Assembly (NCBI GenBank): GCA_001302985.1
Contig: LJNG01000002.1
Coordinates: forward strand, 7,164 to 71,163
DNA: 64,000 bases
Reading direction: 5' to 3'
From: Parcubacteria bacterium DG_74_3
GTDB taxonomy: Bacteria > Patescibacteriota > Minisyncoccia > Minisyncoccales > DG-74-3
Shown here: one piece after another, positions 50,233-59,177 of the stretch
Layout of the letters: each line of letters opens with the position of its first letter
How positions within the stretch are numbered: position 1 is the stretch's first letter
The notes under the pieces: generated by a model
Told to the model about the DNA's origin: nothing
Database searches by the model: none
The model's input: the letters and a program-made list of their open reading frames with translations, nothing else
Translations under genes and position numbers: made by a program

Positions 50233-52271
50233 TGTTTTTTCTTCAATATTGCAAGAAATTCTCTCTCATCAATTGTTTCTATACCTAGTTTTTTAGCTTC
50301 CTCTAATTTGGAACCTGGATTTTGACCAAACACAACATAATTTGTTTTTTTGGAGACTGATTCAGAAACCTCACCTCCTAAAAAGCGAATGTTTTCTTTT
50401 GCCTCTTTTCTGGTCATTAGTTCTAAAGTTCCGGTTAAAACAAAAATTTTTCCTTTAAGAGGTTGATGTTTGAATTTTGTTTCTGTAATTATTTGAACCC
50501 CAACTTTTTTGAGTTTTCCTATAAAGGCCAGATGGCCTTTATCTTGAAAAAAATCATAAATTGATTGAGCTACGATGGGTCCGATATTTCTTATTTTTTC
50601 TAAATTTTGGAGGGTAGCTTTTTTTAGGCCTTCAAGAGAACCAAAATAATCAGCTAAATCCTGAGCAGTTTCTGCGCCAACATTTCTAATACCTAAGGCA
50701 AAAATAAAACGAGGTAAAGCAATTTTCTTTTTTGACTGAATAGCTTCGATTAAATTTTTAGCTGATTTTTCGGCAAATCTTTCTAAGGGAGCAATGTCTT
50801 TCTCTTTTAACTCAAATAGGTCAGCTGGATCTGAAATTAAGCCCCCCTCAATTAATCGGTCAATTATTTTGGGACCTATTCCTTCAATATCAAAGGTGCC
50901 TTTTGAGATAAAGTGGTAAAAATATTTTCTCTGACGAGCTAAACACTTAGGATTCGTACATCGCCAGACAACCTCTTCCTTTCGCTTGATAAGTTTTGTA
51001 CCACAAACCGGACATTTCTTTGGCATCTCAAAACCCTTTTCCTTGCCGGTTCTTAATTCTGTCAGAACTTTAATAATGTCGGGAATAACATCTCCTGCTC
51101 TGCCAATAATGACCGTGTCTCCAATTTTTACTCCCAACCTTCTTATTTCATCTTCATTATGGAGGGTAGCTCGGGAAATGGTTACTCCCCCCACTTCCAC
51201 TGGTTCCAAAACAGCAACCGGAGTAATTGCTCCTGTTCTCCCTACTTGTAATTTTACGTCTTTAATTCTGGTAGTTACTTGCTTTGGTGAAAATTTAAAA
51301 GCTCTAACTCCACGGGGGCTTTTTCCAACCACTCCCAATCTTGCGAAGGCTTTATTTTGATTAACATTTACTACAATGCCATCAATCTGAAAGGGGAAAG
51401 AGTTTCTTTTTTTATTAATTTCTTTCCAAAATTCTATAATTTCTTCCAAGGATTTACACTCTTTACCCTTATTTGTTTTAAATCCTAAGGCCGGTAAAAT
51501 TTGGTGTTCTTCAAAATGGTTTTTTTGACCCACATTAGTAACGATATCATAAGCTAAAAAATCTAAGGGTCTGGCAGCTGCTAATTTGGGGTCCAGTTGC
51601 CTAATGGAACCCGCAGCTAAATTTCTCGGATTTGAATAAGTCTTTTCACCTCTTTTTTTTAATTCTTTGTTTAATTTTTCAAATTTATTTTTTTCCATAA
51701 AAACCTCGCCTCTAATCTCGATTTTTCCTTTCTTAATCGATCTTTTTAGTTTTTTTTCTATTTCTCTGTTTGGAATCTTGCGATGTTGGGCTAAATTCAA
51801 AGGAATTGATTCTATTGTCTTGAGGTTTTGAGTAACATTCTCACCTGCTTCTCCATTGCCTCGAGTAGAACCCACTGTGAGAATTCCATCTTTGTAAACT
51901 AAAGAGATAGCAAAGCCATCAACTTTTAACTCGGCAAAAAAATTAAAACGAACCTGAGGTTCTAATTTCTTAAGGTAAGTTATCCATTCTTTGAGTTCCT
52001 CTTCCGAAAAAATATCTTCAATAGAAAGCATGGGGGTTTCGTGCCTGACCTTTTCAAATCCCTCGAGGGGCTTTCCAGCTACTCTCTGGGTTGGGGAATC
52101 AGGCGTTATAAATTCTGGAAATTGTTTTTCTAATTTATAAAGTTCGTGTTTCAAAGAGTCTAAAGCATCTTCGGAAATTTCTTGTTTATTCAAAACATGA
52201 TACAAATAGCGGTGATAATTTATCACCTTTTTTAATTTTTCTATTCTTTTTCTGGTTTCTTCTTTGTTCAT
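50229..52271 (-). CDS. ligA: NAD-dependent DNA ligase
   Basis: Adenylation KxDG (ELKVDGFAISL), OB domain, Zn finger, HhH, C-terminal BRCT. Start MNKEETRKR at 52271, 1 nt after the upstream gene's stop; the ORF track extends to 52361. Confidence 0.9.
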   Translation of the reverse strand: MNKEETRKRIEKLKKVINYHRYLYHVLNKQEISEDALDSLKHELYKLEKQFPEFITPDSPTQRVAGKPLEGFEKVRHETPMLSIEDIFSEEELKEWITYLKKLEPQVRFNFFAELKVDGFAISLVYKDGILTVGSTRGNGEAGENVTQNLKTIESIPLNLAQHRKIPNREIEKKLKRSIKKGKIEIRGEVFMEKNKFEKLNKELKKRGEKTYSNPRNLAAGSIRQLDPKLAAARPLDFLAYDIVTNVGQKNHFEEHQILPALGFKTNKGKECKSLEEIIEFWKEINKKRNSFPFQIDGIVVNVNQNKAFARLGVVGKSPRGVRAFKFSPKQVTTRIKDVKLQVGRTGAITPVAVLEPVEVGGVTISRATLHNEDEIRRLGVKIGDTVIIGRAGDVIPDIIKVLTELRTGKEKGFEMPKKCPVCGTKLIKRKEEVVWRCTNPKCLARQRKYFYHFISKGTFDIEGIGPKIIDRLIEGGLISDPADLFELKEKDIAPLERFAEKSAKNLIEAIQSKKKIALPRFIFALGIRNVGAETAQDLADYFGSLEGLKKATLQNLEKIRNIGPIVAQSIYDFFQDKGHLAFIGKLKKVGVQIITETKFKHQPLKGKIFVLTGTLELMTRKEAKENIRFLGGEVSESVSKKTNYVVFGQNPGSKLEEAKKLGIETIDEREFLAILKKKQ

Positions 52272-52272
52272 T

Positions 52273-52641
52273 TTATCTATTAACCTGAACCGCTCTTCTG
52301 GTTTCTTTATAAATTCCGACTGACTTAATACAATAGTTAACATTGGAAGAACAGCCCTCACTTCCCGGAGAAATCACCGATGCAATATAGGAAGCGCCGT
52401 CCAAAGAACCAGGAAAAGTTTGAGGGGGGGTAGCGTCTTCATATAACGCTCTTTCTATGCCAGTATCAGCAGCGTAAAAAGCAATGACCGAATCTCCCAT
52501 CCCTTTTATCATTTTCATTTGACTCAATAAAATTGTACTCATGCCAAAAGCAATAACCAGCAAAACAGACATTATCATGAAGGCGATATAAAGAGAAACT
52601 CCCTGGGTCTCTTTTTGAGAATTTAAATTTTTATTTTTCAT
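52273..52641 (-). CDS. PilX-N-like minor pilin / pseudopilin (no canonical G-FTLxE)
   Basis: N-terminal KETQGVSLYIAFMIMSVLLVIAFGMS hydrophobic segment. Last gene of the pseudopilin operon. Confidence 0.4.
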   Translation of the reverse strand: MKNKNLNSQKETQGVSLYIAFMIMSVLLVIAFGMSTILLSQMKMIKGMGDSVIAFYAADTGIERALYEDATPPQTFPGSLDGASYIASVISPGSEGCSSNVNYCIKSVGIYKETRRAVQVNR

Positions 52642-53222
52642 TGTTCAATATCTAAATTTCTCTGAGAAATTGTTGTTTGAAGCTTAATTTCGGGTTGTTG
52701 TTCTGGTTTCTCCCCAAGACTTTTCATTTTTAAAAAGAGGGTTACTTTGGGTTGAAGGTTATCGGTTTGAGATTGACCTAAAAGATAAAACATTACCGAT
52801 TCTACTTTCAGGCCTGTCCCAGTTAAAGATATGGGTTCACCGAGTGAAAGAGCGCTTTCATCGGTTGACCTCCTCTCTTTTAAAACATCTCCATCTTTTA
52901 AGAACTCGTGACATCTAACTGAGTAGTCAAGAAATCTAATTCTTGAAGAATCTCCACTGGGGTTTTCATAGTTTGTTTTCTGGGAAATACAATCTCCTGA
53001 GAGATCTTTTTTTGCCATTCTTAAAGCTCTGCTTATATATTCGGTCAGATAGCTTGTTTGGTCTAAAAGCTCTTGGTAAGCCATTGATTTTCTTTGTCCT
53101 CTAATGGCAGAAACAAAGACTCCAGAAGCTGCTCCAATAACCAAAGAGAAAATAGCTAAACCTGTCAGCAATTCAGGAAGGGTAAAACCCTTATTTTTTA
53201 TTCTATTAATCTCTCTTTTCAT
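52638..53222 (-). CDS. Prepilin-type N-terminal cleavage/methylation domain protein (pseudopilin)
   Basis: Leader MKREINRIKNK then G-FTLPELL. First ATG at 53222; the ORF track starts at a TTG at 53261. Confidence 0.6.
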   Translation of the reverse strand: MKREINRIKNKGFTLPELLTGLAIFSLVIGAASGVFVSAIRGQRKSMAYQELLDQTSYLTEYISRALRMAKKDLSGDCISQKTNYENPSGDSSRIRFLDYSVRCHEFLKDGDVLKERRSTDESALSLGEPISLTGTGLKVESVMFYLLGQSQTDNLQPKVTLFLKMKSLGEKPEQQPEIKLQTTISQRNLDIEQ

Positions 53223-53251
53223 TTTTTTATAATTTATATTGTGTGAGTGAG

Positions 53252-53791
53252 TTAGTGCCAATTATAAAGTTCTCCCGTGGTAGTAACTTTATGGGTCCTT
53301 CCTCTTTCTTCCCAACTAACCTCAACAGAAATATTTAATATCTCAATGCGAGATCCTCGGGCAATGGTAATTTTCCTTTTATATTTTGTATTAATACCAG
53401 AAGAATAATTATAAAATCCTCCATTAATTTTAAGGAAATCGCCATCGTATGTATCGCAATTATGGCCAAAATCACTACAATTTTCAAAATAGAAGGTGTT
53501 AGAAAAAGTCACTGTTGTGTAATCTGCTTCCCAGTCTCCGAGAGGTAGTCCATCCTCCCAGGTGGTGGTAGCGCTTCTGGCCTGAAGCCAATTAGTATCT
53601 CTTATATTTCTAACAATTTCCAGGCCTTCTTGGGTAAGATAGGTTGCCACCAATCGAGAAGAAGAAATAGTAGTAAGGGAAATAACTTGTTGAACCAAAG
53701 AAAAAACTCCCAATATGCCGGTAGTGATAACAAAAATAGCGGCTAAAACCTCCATCATTGTAAAGCCTGTATGGCTGTTGTTTTTTCTCAT
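53252..53791 (-). CDS. Prepilin-type N-terminal cleavage/methylation domain protein (pseudopilin)
   Basis: MRKNNSHT then G-FTMMEVL. Confidence 0.6.
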   Translation of the reverse strand: MRKNNSHTGFTMMEVLAAIFVITTGILGVFSLVQQVISLTTISSSRLVATYLTQEGLEIVRNIRDTNWLQARSATTTWEDGLPLGDWEADYTTVTFSNTFYFENCSDFGHNCDTYDGDFLKINGGFYNYSSGINTKYKRKITIARGSRIEILNISVEVSWEERGRTHKVTTTGELYNWH

Positions 53792-53795
53792 ATTT

Positions 53796-54308
53796 TTATT
53801 CCAGGGAAATTAAGCCAGATTTATTGACCGAAATGGTTTTGGTGATTTGGATATCTTCTTCTAAACAAAGGGTGATAGTAATCTGGTTTCCTCCTTCAAG
53901 GTCTGTTTGGGGATCGGGAGGATAAAAAAAGACATCAAGAGCGCTAACTTGAACAGCATCTCTCTTTATCTCTTTAATTAGAACCCCTGGTTCCAAAAGA
54001 ACTTCTTCGAGAGAAGAATCCTGAAAAACTCCATCGATGTCGCATCTCGCATTTAAATGGTAAGATTCGTTACCCTGTTGAAATCTTATTCCATATCCTT
54101 TAAGTTTTCCTGCTGGACAGTTGAATTGACGCATGGACATGGTCTTTTCTTGACTTCTTCTCAAGTCCTGGGCTAATTTGTGAGAGGAGGAAACAAGGGA
54201 AAATTGTCTCTCTCCGGCCCGGTAATTAGCTAAAACCAAAATGGACATTAAAGAGATTATAGTAGTAATTACCAGGAGTTCGGTTAATGTAAAACCATCT
54301 TTTTTCAC
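53796..54308 (-). CDS. Prepilin-type N-terminal cleavage/methylation domain protein (pseudopilin)
   Basis: MKKD then G-FTLTELLV. GTG start. Confidence 0.6.
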   Translation of the reverse strand: MKKDGFTLTELLVITTIISLMSILVLANYRAGERQFSLVSSSHKLAQDLRRSQEKTMSMRQFNCPAGKLKGYGIRFQQGNESYHLNARCDIDGVFQDSSLEEVLLEPGVLIKEIKRDAVQVSALDVFFYPPDPQTDLEGGNQITITLCLEEDIQITKTISVNKSGLISLE

Positions 54309-54312
54309 AATT

Positions 54313-55116
54313 TTAATAAAATAGAAATAGACTTAAATACCAACTAATTAGGCTTTCTCCCCAGAGGGTGGCAATAAAAGTGCCCGCAACCAGAAAAGGA
54401 GCAAAGGGCACTTCTGATTCAAGGGTCTTTTTTTTGGTTGCCACCAACCCTAATCCTATTATAGCTCCTATTAAAAAACCTCCAAATAAAGCAACTAAAA
54501 TTTCGGGAAATCCCAAAAAAAGACCCATTAAAAAAGCTAATTTAATATCGCCAAGACCCATCCATTTCCCTTTCGAAACAAGAACAATAGCCCAGAAAAA
54601 TAGCGCTGCCCCCAGGGCAGAGGATATAGAATTTAGGAGATAGGATTTAGGATGGGAGTTAAAGAAGATACTATTTAATCCCAACCACACAATTGCCATC
54701 ACGATGGCAGGGTAAATTACTTTATCGGGAATAATGTAATGTTTAAGATCATAAATAAAAATAATTATCAGGAAACAAGAAATCAGCAAACGGTAAACAG
54801 TAAACAATAAACTTTGAAAATTTAAAATGGGATATTGATTATTAATTACCAGTACGAACAAAATTCCAGTAGCTAATTCAACCAGGGGGTATTGCCAACT
54901 GATTTTTTTATCACAATAGCTGCATTTACCTTTTAAAATTAGAAAGCTAAAAACGGGAATTAAATCTTGCCAACTTAAAATGTGTTTGCAGTGAGGACAA
55001 AAAGAACGCCCTCTCAAAAAACTTGATTTGATCTCTAAACGATAGATAATACAATTTAAAAAAGAACCGGCAGCCAAGCCAAAGAAAAAAAATATTAAAT
55101 AAAAAGCGCTTAACAT
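54313..55116 (-). CDS. pilD: Prepilin peptidase (A24 family)
   Basis: Tetracysteine CPHC...CSYC zinc-binding region and polytopic membrane body. First ATG at 55116; the ORF track starts at a TTG at 55152. Confidence 0.85.
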   Translation of the reverse strand: MLSAFYLIFFFFGLAAGSFLNCIIYRLEIKSSFLRGRSFCPHCKHILSWQDLIPVFSFLILKGKCSYCDKKISWQYPLVELATGILFVLVINNQYPILNFQSLLFTVYRLLISCFLIIIFIYDLKHYIIPDKVIYPAIVMAIVWLGLNSIFFNSHPKSYLLNSISSALGAALFFWAIVLVSKGKWMGLGDIKLAFLMGLFLGFPEILVALFGGFLIGAIIGLGLVATKKKTLESEVPFAPFLVAGTFIATLWGESLISWYLSLFLFY

Positions 55117-55184
55117 TATTCTTATTTTACCTTCTTTGAGACCGAAACTCAATTTTGAATTGTTTTAGTTTAAGAAAAATTATA

Positions 55185-55215
55185 TAAACAAAAATTGGCG
55201 GGAAAAACCCGCCAA
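55185..55215 (-). terminator. Rho-independent terminator (TTGGCGGG-aaaaa-CCCGCCAA) downstream of the major pilin gene
   Basis: Perfect 8-bp GC-rich stem at 55195-55215, followed by a U-run on the minus strand. Confidence 0.5.
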
Positions 55216-55300
55216 TTAATGATTGGTCAATTCTAAAATACTAAACATTCTCCTTGCTCAACATTGAGCAAGCTTGAGAAGCTTTTCGAGTCTACTCTTT

Positions 55301-55777
55301 TTAGAAGCAAACGCAATCTGCAGCACCGTAGGCGGGTAACGCAGTTACTTCTCTGGTCCCTGCTTCTGAAGCAGCAAAGTAGTCTCCATTTTCAAGGTCA
55401 GCATAGACACAGAAAAAAGTACCATCAGTACAACCCGTGCCATGTCCGGCACCATTATTTAACCACTTATAAGGGTTATCGGAACCCTGCGGGTCATTAG
55501 TAGCTGGGAAATATACTACAGGAGGAGTAGCTTTGTTTGTAATCGCTGGTATCCCATCTTGAGCAGCAGCTGTAAAATATACCTCGTCATCGCTCATTAC
55601 CATTTCCTGAGCAGTAATTGCCTGTCTTAAATCAGCCTGACGCCGAGCATCTCGAGCTCTCGATCTGGCGCCCCCCAAAGAAACCAAAACAATTGAAGCC
55701 AACATTCCAATAATGGCAATTACCACCAGCAACTCAATCAAGGTAAAACCTCTTTTCCCCTTAATTAAAAATTCCAT
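55301..55777 (-). CDS. pilA: Type IV pilin (major pilin candidate)
   Basis: Leader MEFLIKGKR then [21 protein letters not shown]-terminal Cys pair. Confidence 0.8.
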   Translation of the reverse strand: MEFLIKGKRGFTLIELLVVIAIIGMLASIVLVSLGGARSRARDARRQADLRQAITAQEMVMSDDEVYFTAAAQDGIPAITNKATPPVVYFPATNDPQGSDNPYKWLNNGAGHGTGCTDGTFFCVYADLENGDYFAASEAGTREVTALPAYGAADCVCF

Positions 55778-55909
55778 AAGTATAAATTGTCCTTTATTGA
55801 TTTACTAAAATCGACCTTTTATTATTGTAAATTTGCTTATTCAGAACTCAGGTTAATTATATACCTCTAAATTATTCTTTTCAATCTCTTTTTCCACATC
55901 TTAAACTTT

Positions 55910-56437
55910 CTACCAACAACACTTACCTCCGCTTCCTGGCTCTATATCTAATTTTATAGCACCTTTTTCTGAACCTGCAAACCACCAATTTTTTCCTCCG
56001 GTTTTAGACTCAAGAATGGCATAAATGCAGTAGTGTCCTTCGTTACAATAAGTAGTAAAATAAGCACCTGGACTATTGTCTCTCCAATGATACTTTCCTT
56101 CCTTGGGGTCTCTGGGAACCGGATCTAAATATCTTCCATCTCCTGGAATCTCACAATTCGGCGGATTTTGACAGGGAATCCTGTGGGGTGTTTCTGCGCC
56201 CTGAAAATATCTTTCTATGTCTGAAAACTCCATTTCCATGGCTAAAACAATTTGACGGATATCAGCTTCCCTTCTGGCATCCCGAGCCTTTGCTCTTGCT
56301 TCTCCTAAAGAAACCAAAACCATTGTTGAGAGGGTCCCGATAATGGTAATTACAACCAAAAGCTCAATTAAAGTAAAGGCTGTTTTCTTTCTGCTTTTCT
56401 GCCAATCGTTCTGAAAAAGATTTTTAAAATTTCTCAT
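55910..56437 (-). CDS. Type IV pilin paralog with long leader and Ala at the -1 position
   Basis: [34 protein letters not shown]. Several Cys in the C-terminal domain. Confidence 0.7.
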   Translation of the reverse strand: MRNFKNLFQNDWQKSRKKTAFTLIELLVVITIIGTLSTMVLVSLGEARAKARDARREADIRQIVLAMEMEFSDIERYFQGAETPHRIPCQNPPNCEIPGDGRYLDPVPRDPKEGKYHWRDNSPGAYFTTYCNEGHYCIYAILESKTGGKNWWFAGSEKGAIKLDIEPGSGGKCCW

Positions 56438-56499
56438 TAGAATACTAATTGTGCTGTTAATAAAAGGGGGCCAAAGAACAAATTCTCAATCAGGGGGTT

Positions 56500-57705
56500 T
56501 TAGAAAGTAGTAAGTCGGTAGAGGGGCATTAGGACCGAAATCATCAAACCCCCAACAATAAGACCCAAAAACATAATCAAGACAGGCTCCACAATGCTTA
56601 ATAAGCCGTCAATTGCCCTGTCGGTTTCTTGATTATAGAAGTCCACTACGCTAATTAGGGTTTTATCCAGGGTTCCGGTTTTTTCACCCACCAGGGTCAT
56701 TTGATAAAATAAAGGGGGGAAAACTTCTGGTGATTGACTAAGACGATAAGAAATCGGTTCCCCTCTTCTTACCCCGTCTCTGGCATCAAGAATAATTTCT
56801 TCATAAACAGCGTTTCCAACAATATCGGAAGCAATCTCAAGAGCCTGAGCAATTGGTAAGCCTCCTGAAATTAAAGTAGAAAGGTTCTCGGCAAACCGAG
56901 AAAGATAGAGCATTTTTAAAAAATTATTAATGACCGGTATCTTAAGGAAAGCGCCATCGAAAAACTTCTTTCCCCCTGGTGTTTGGTAGTATCTAACAAT
57001 AAAAATTATCAGCCCAACAGTAATTACAATTAAAAAGACCCCCCATTTCTTTAATGAATCAGCCAGACCCAATATCATTAAGGTTACAACGGGTAGTTCT
57101 GCTCCGGTTTCTTCCAGAACTTCCACAAAACGAGGAAAAACAAAGAAAATCATTAAAATAAGAACCATTAACACGAAAAAGAAAATCAAGGCAGGATAAA
57201 CCATTGCTCCTCTTAATTTATTTTTTAAATGGTAATCTCTTTCCAGGTGTTCTGCTAGATATCCGAGGGCTTCGGAAAGTTTACCCGAAGCTTCGCCTGC
57301 CCTGACCATTGCGATATAAAAAGAGGAGAAAATTTTAGGATAACGACTTAGGGCTACTGAAAAGGAGGTTCCTCCCTCTATTTCTTCGGATATTTCTATA
57401 ATTTTTTCTTTAAACACATAGGTTTGAGTCTGGGCAGCGAGTATTCTTAGAGTTTCTACAAGAGGAATTTTAGATTTAAACATTATTGAGAGTTGCCGAG
57501 AAAATAAAACCACATCTTTTCGCGATATTTTTCCACCAAATGTTATTCGTCTGGCATAAACCGGAGCATAAGCTTCTTCTTCCAAAAGAGTAACAAACAA
57601 TCCTTGATTTTGTAAAAGAGCAATGGCTACTTCTCTGGTGGAAGCCTCAACCACTCCAGTTTGAATTTGTCCTTCTTGAGTTCTTGCTTGATAATTAAAT
57701 TTCAT
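56500..57705 (-). CDS. pilC: Type IV pilus platform protein PilC (GspF family)
   Basis: Two T2SSF repeats with three TM segments; 401 aa. Confidence 0.85.
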   Translation of the reverse strand: MKFNYQARTQEGQIQTGVVEASTREVAIALLQNQGLFVTLLEEEAYAPVYARRITFGGKISRKDVVLFSRQLSIMFKSKIPLVETLRILAAQTQTYVFKEKIIEISEEIEGGTSFSVALSRYPKIFSSFYIAMVRAGEASGKLSEALGYLAEHLERDYHLKNKLRGAMVYPALIFFFVLMVLILMIFFVFPRFVEVLEETGAELPVVTLMILGLADSLKKWGVFLIVITVGLIIFIVRYYQTPGGKKFFDGAFLKIPVINNFLKMLYLSRFAENLSTLISGGLPIAQALEIASDIVGNAVYEEIILDARDGVRRGEPISYRLSQSPEVFPPLFYQMTLVGEKTGTLDKTLISVVDFYNQETDRAIDGLLSIVEPVLIMFLGLIVGGLMISVLMPLYRLTTF

Positions 57706-57719
57706 AAATCTAACATTTA

Positions 57720-58787
57720 CTAACGAATAAGCATCTTTAGTTCGGCCGGGGAAAGTGAGTAATTCAGAGCGTTCTCTAAAGAAATCTCTTTTCTTTTGAC
57801 CAGCTCTGCCAAAGACCTATTTAAAGATATCATTCCTATTTCGGCTGAAGTTTCAATAACTAAGGGTATTTCGTGAATTTTGTTTTCTCTAATTAAGTTA
57901 GCCACCGCCGGAGTGGCAATCATGACCTCGGTAGCCGGGATTAATCCACCTTTAATTCGAGGAATTAATCTTTGGGAAATCACTCCCAAGAGAGAACCAG
58001 ATACCTGAGCTCTAATCTGTTGTTGTTGTTCTGGGGGAAAACTATCAACAACTCGATGAATGGTTTGGGCGGCTGAATTAGTATGTAAAGTGGCGAAAAC
58101 CAGATGGCCAGTTTCAGCTGCCGAAATGGCAGTAGCCATGGTTTCGGGATCTCTCATTTCTCCCACCATAATAACATCCGGGTCTTGACGAAAAGTAGAA
58201 CGGAGGGCTCGGGCGAAAGAAAGGGTATCTTGGTAAACCTCTCTTTGGTCAATAATAGCTCTATCGTCCTTAAAAACATATTCAATCGGGTCTTCGATTG
58301 TTATTATGTGAACTGCTCGGGTACGATTTATCTCATCAATTAAAGCAGCTAAAGTAGTAGATTTTCCATGAGAGGAGGGACCGGTAACCAAAATAAATCC
58401 CTGAGAGGCTTTGGCGAATTCATGTAAAACCGGGGGGAGGTTTAGCTCTTCAATGTTTGGAATTTCAGCTGGGATTCGGCGAAGGGCACAAGAGATATCT
58501 CCTCTCTGAAAAAATATATTTACCCTAAATCGAGCTCTACCTTTAAGATTATAGGAAAAATCAATTTCTTTTTGTTCCAGAAATCTCTGAAACTGGTCTT
58601 TGGTCATAAGGGCTTCCGCCAAAGCCAGGGTTTCTTCCGGAGACATTTTTGCTCTTTTCAGAAGAGGAACCAAACGCCCGGCTATTCTGAGGATGGGAGA
58701 GTGTCCCGTAGAAAGATGAAGGTCAGAGGCCTGTTCTTTAACGGTTAACTCCAGAAGTTCTTCTAATTGATTACTATAGTTTGTCAT
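57720..58787 (-). CDS. pilT: Type IV pilus retraction ATPase PilT
   Basis: ILVTGPSSHGKSTT Walker A. ~350 aa and lacks the N-terminal GSPII domain. Confidence 0.85.
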   Translation of the reverse strand: MTNYSNQLEELLELTVKEQASDLHLSTGHSPILRIAGRLVPLLKRAKMSPEETLALAEALMTKDQFQRFLEQKEIDFSYNLKGRARFRVNIFFQRGDISCALRRIPAEIPNIEELNLPPVLHEFAKASQGFILVTGPSSHGKSTTLAALIDEINRTRAVHIITIEDPIEYVFKDDRAIIDQREVYQDTLSFARALRSTFRQDPDVIMVGEMRDPETMATAISAAETGHLVFATLHTNSAAQTIHRVVDSFPPEQQQQIRAQVSGSLLGVISQRLIPRIKGGLIPATEVMIATPAVANLIRENKIHEIPLVIETSAEIGMISLNRSLAELVKRKEISLENALNYSLSPAELKMLIR

Positions 58788-58793
58788 AAAGGT

Positions 58794-59159
58794 CTATTTT
58801 AAGATTTCTTTTATCTCCTTAACCACTTCCGAGGGAGTAAAATGGGCTTTAATTAAATATTTTGTTGCTCCGAGACGAAGCCCTTCTTCAACTTCAGCTC
58901 TTTGGCCCAAATTAGAAAGAATAACTACCGGAATGTTTTGAAGGGCTGGAGATAGTTTAATTTTTCCAAGAAGCTCAAGACCCGACCCCTCCGGTAAAAC
59001 AATATCTAGGATTAAAAGGTCTGGCTTGAGATTCTGTATTTTCTGAAATCCTTCTTTACCGCTTGAAGCTACTTCAACTAAAAAACCAGCTTCTTTGAGT
59101 TTGGTCATATAGATATCAACCATAAGAGGGTCATCTTCCACAAGTAAAATTAATTTCAT
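58794..59159 (-). CDS. Stand-alone response-regulator receiver (CheY-like) domain protein
   Basis: LLVEDD...DLLILDIVLP phosphoacceptor region. Sits between pilB and pilT. Confidence 0.8.
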   Translation of the reverse strand: MKLILLVEDDPLMVDIYMTKLKEAGFLVEVASSGKEGFQKIQNLKPDLLILDIVLPEGSGLELLGKIKLSPALQNIPVVILSNLGQRAEVEEGLRLGATKYLIKAHFTPSEVVKEIKEILK

Positions 59160-59177
59160 TGCTTTGGTAACTAAAAT

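Noticed and set aside
50986-51360. 124-aa plus-strand ORF antisense to ligA
   Set aside because: Antisense to ligA; spurious.
54368-54643. 91-aa plus-strand ORF antisense to pilD
   Set aside because: Antisense to the conserved prepilin peptidase gene; spurious.
55264-55500. 78-aa plus-strand ORF between pilD and the pilin gene
   Set aside because: It overlaps the pilin CDS in antisense and spans the pilin terminator hairpins. Its His/Arg-rich composition is not protein-like.
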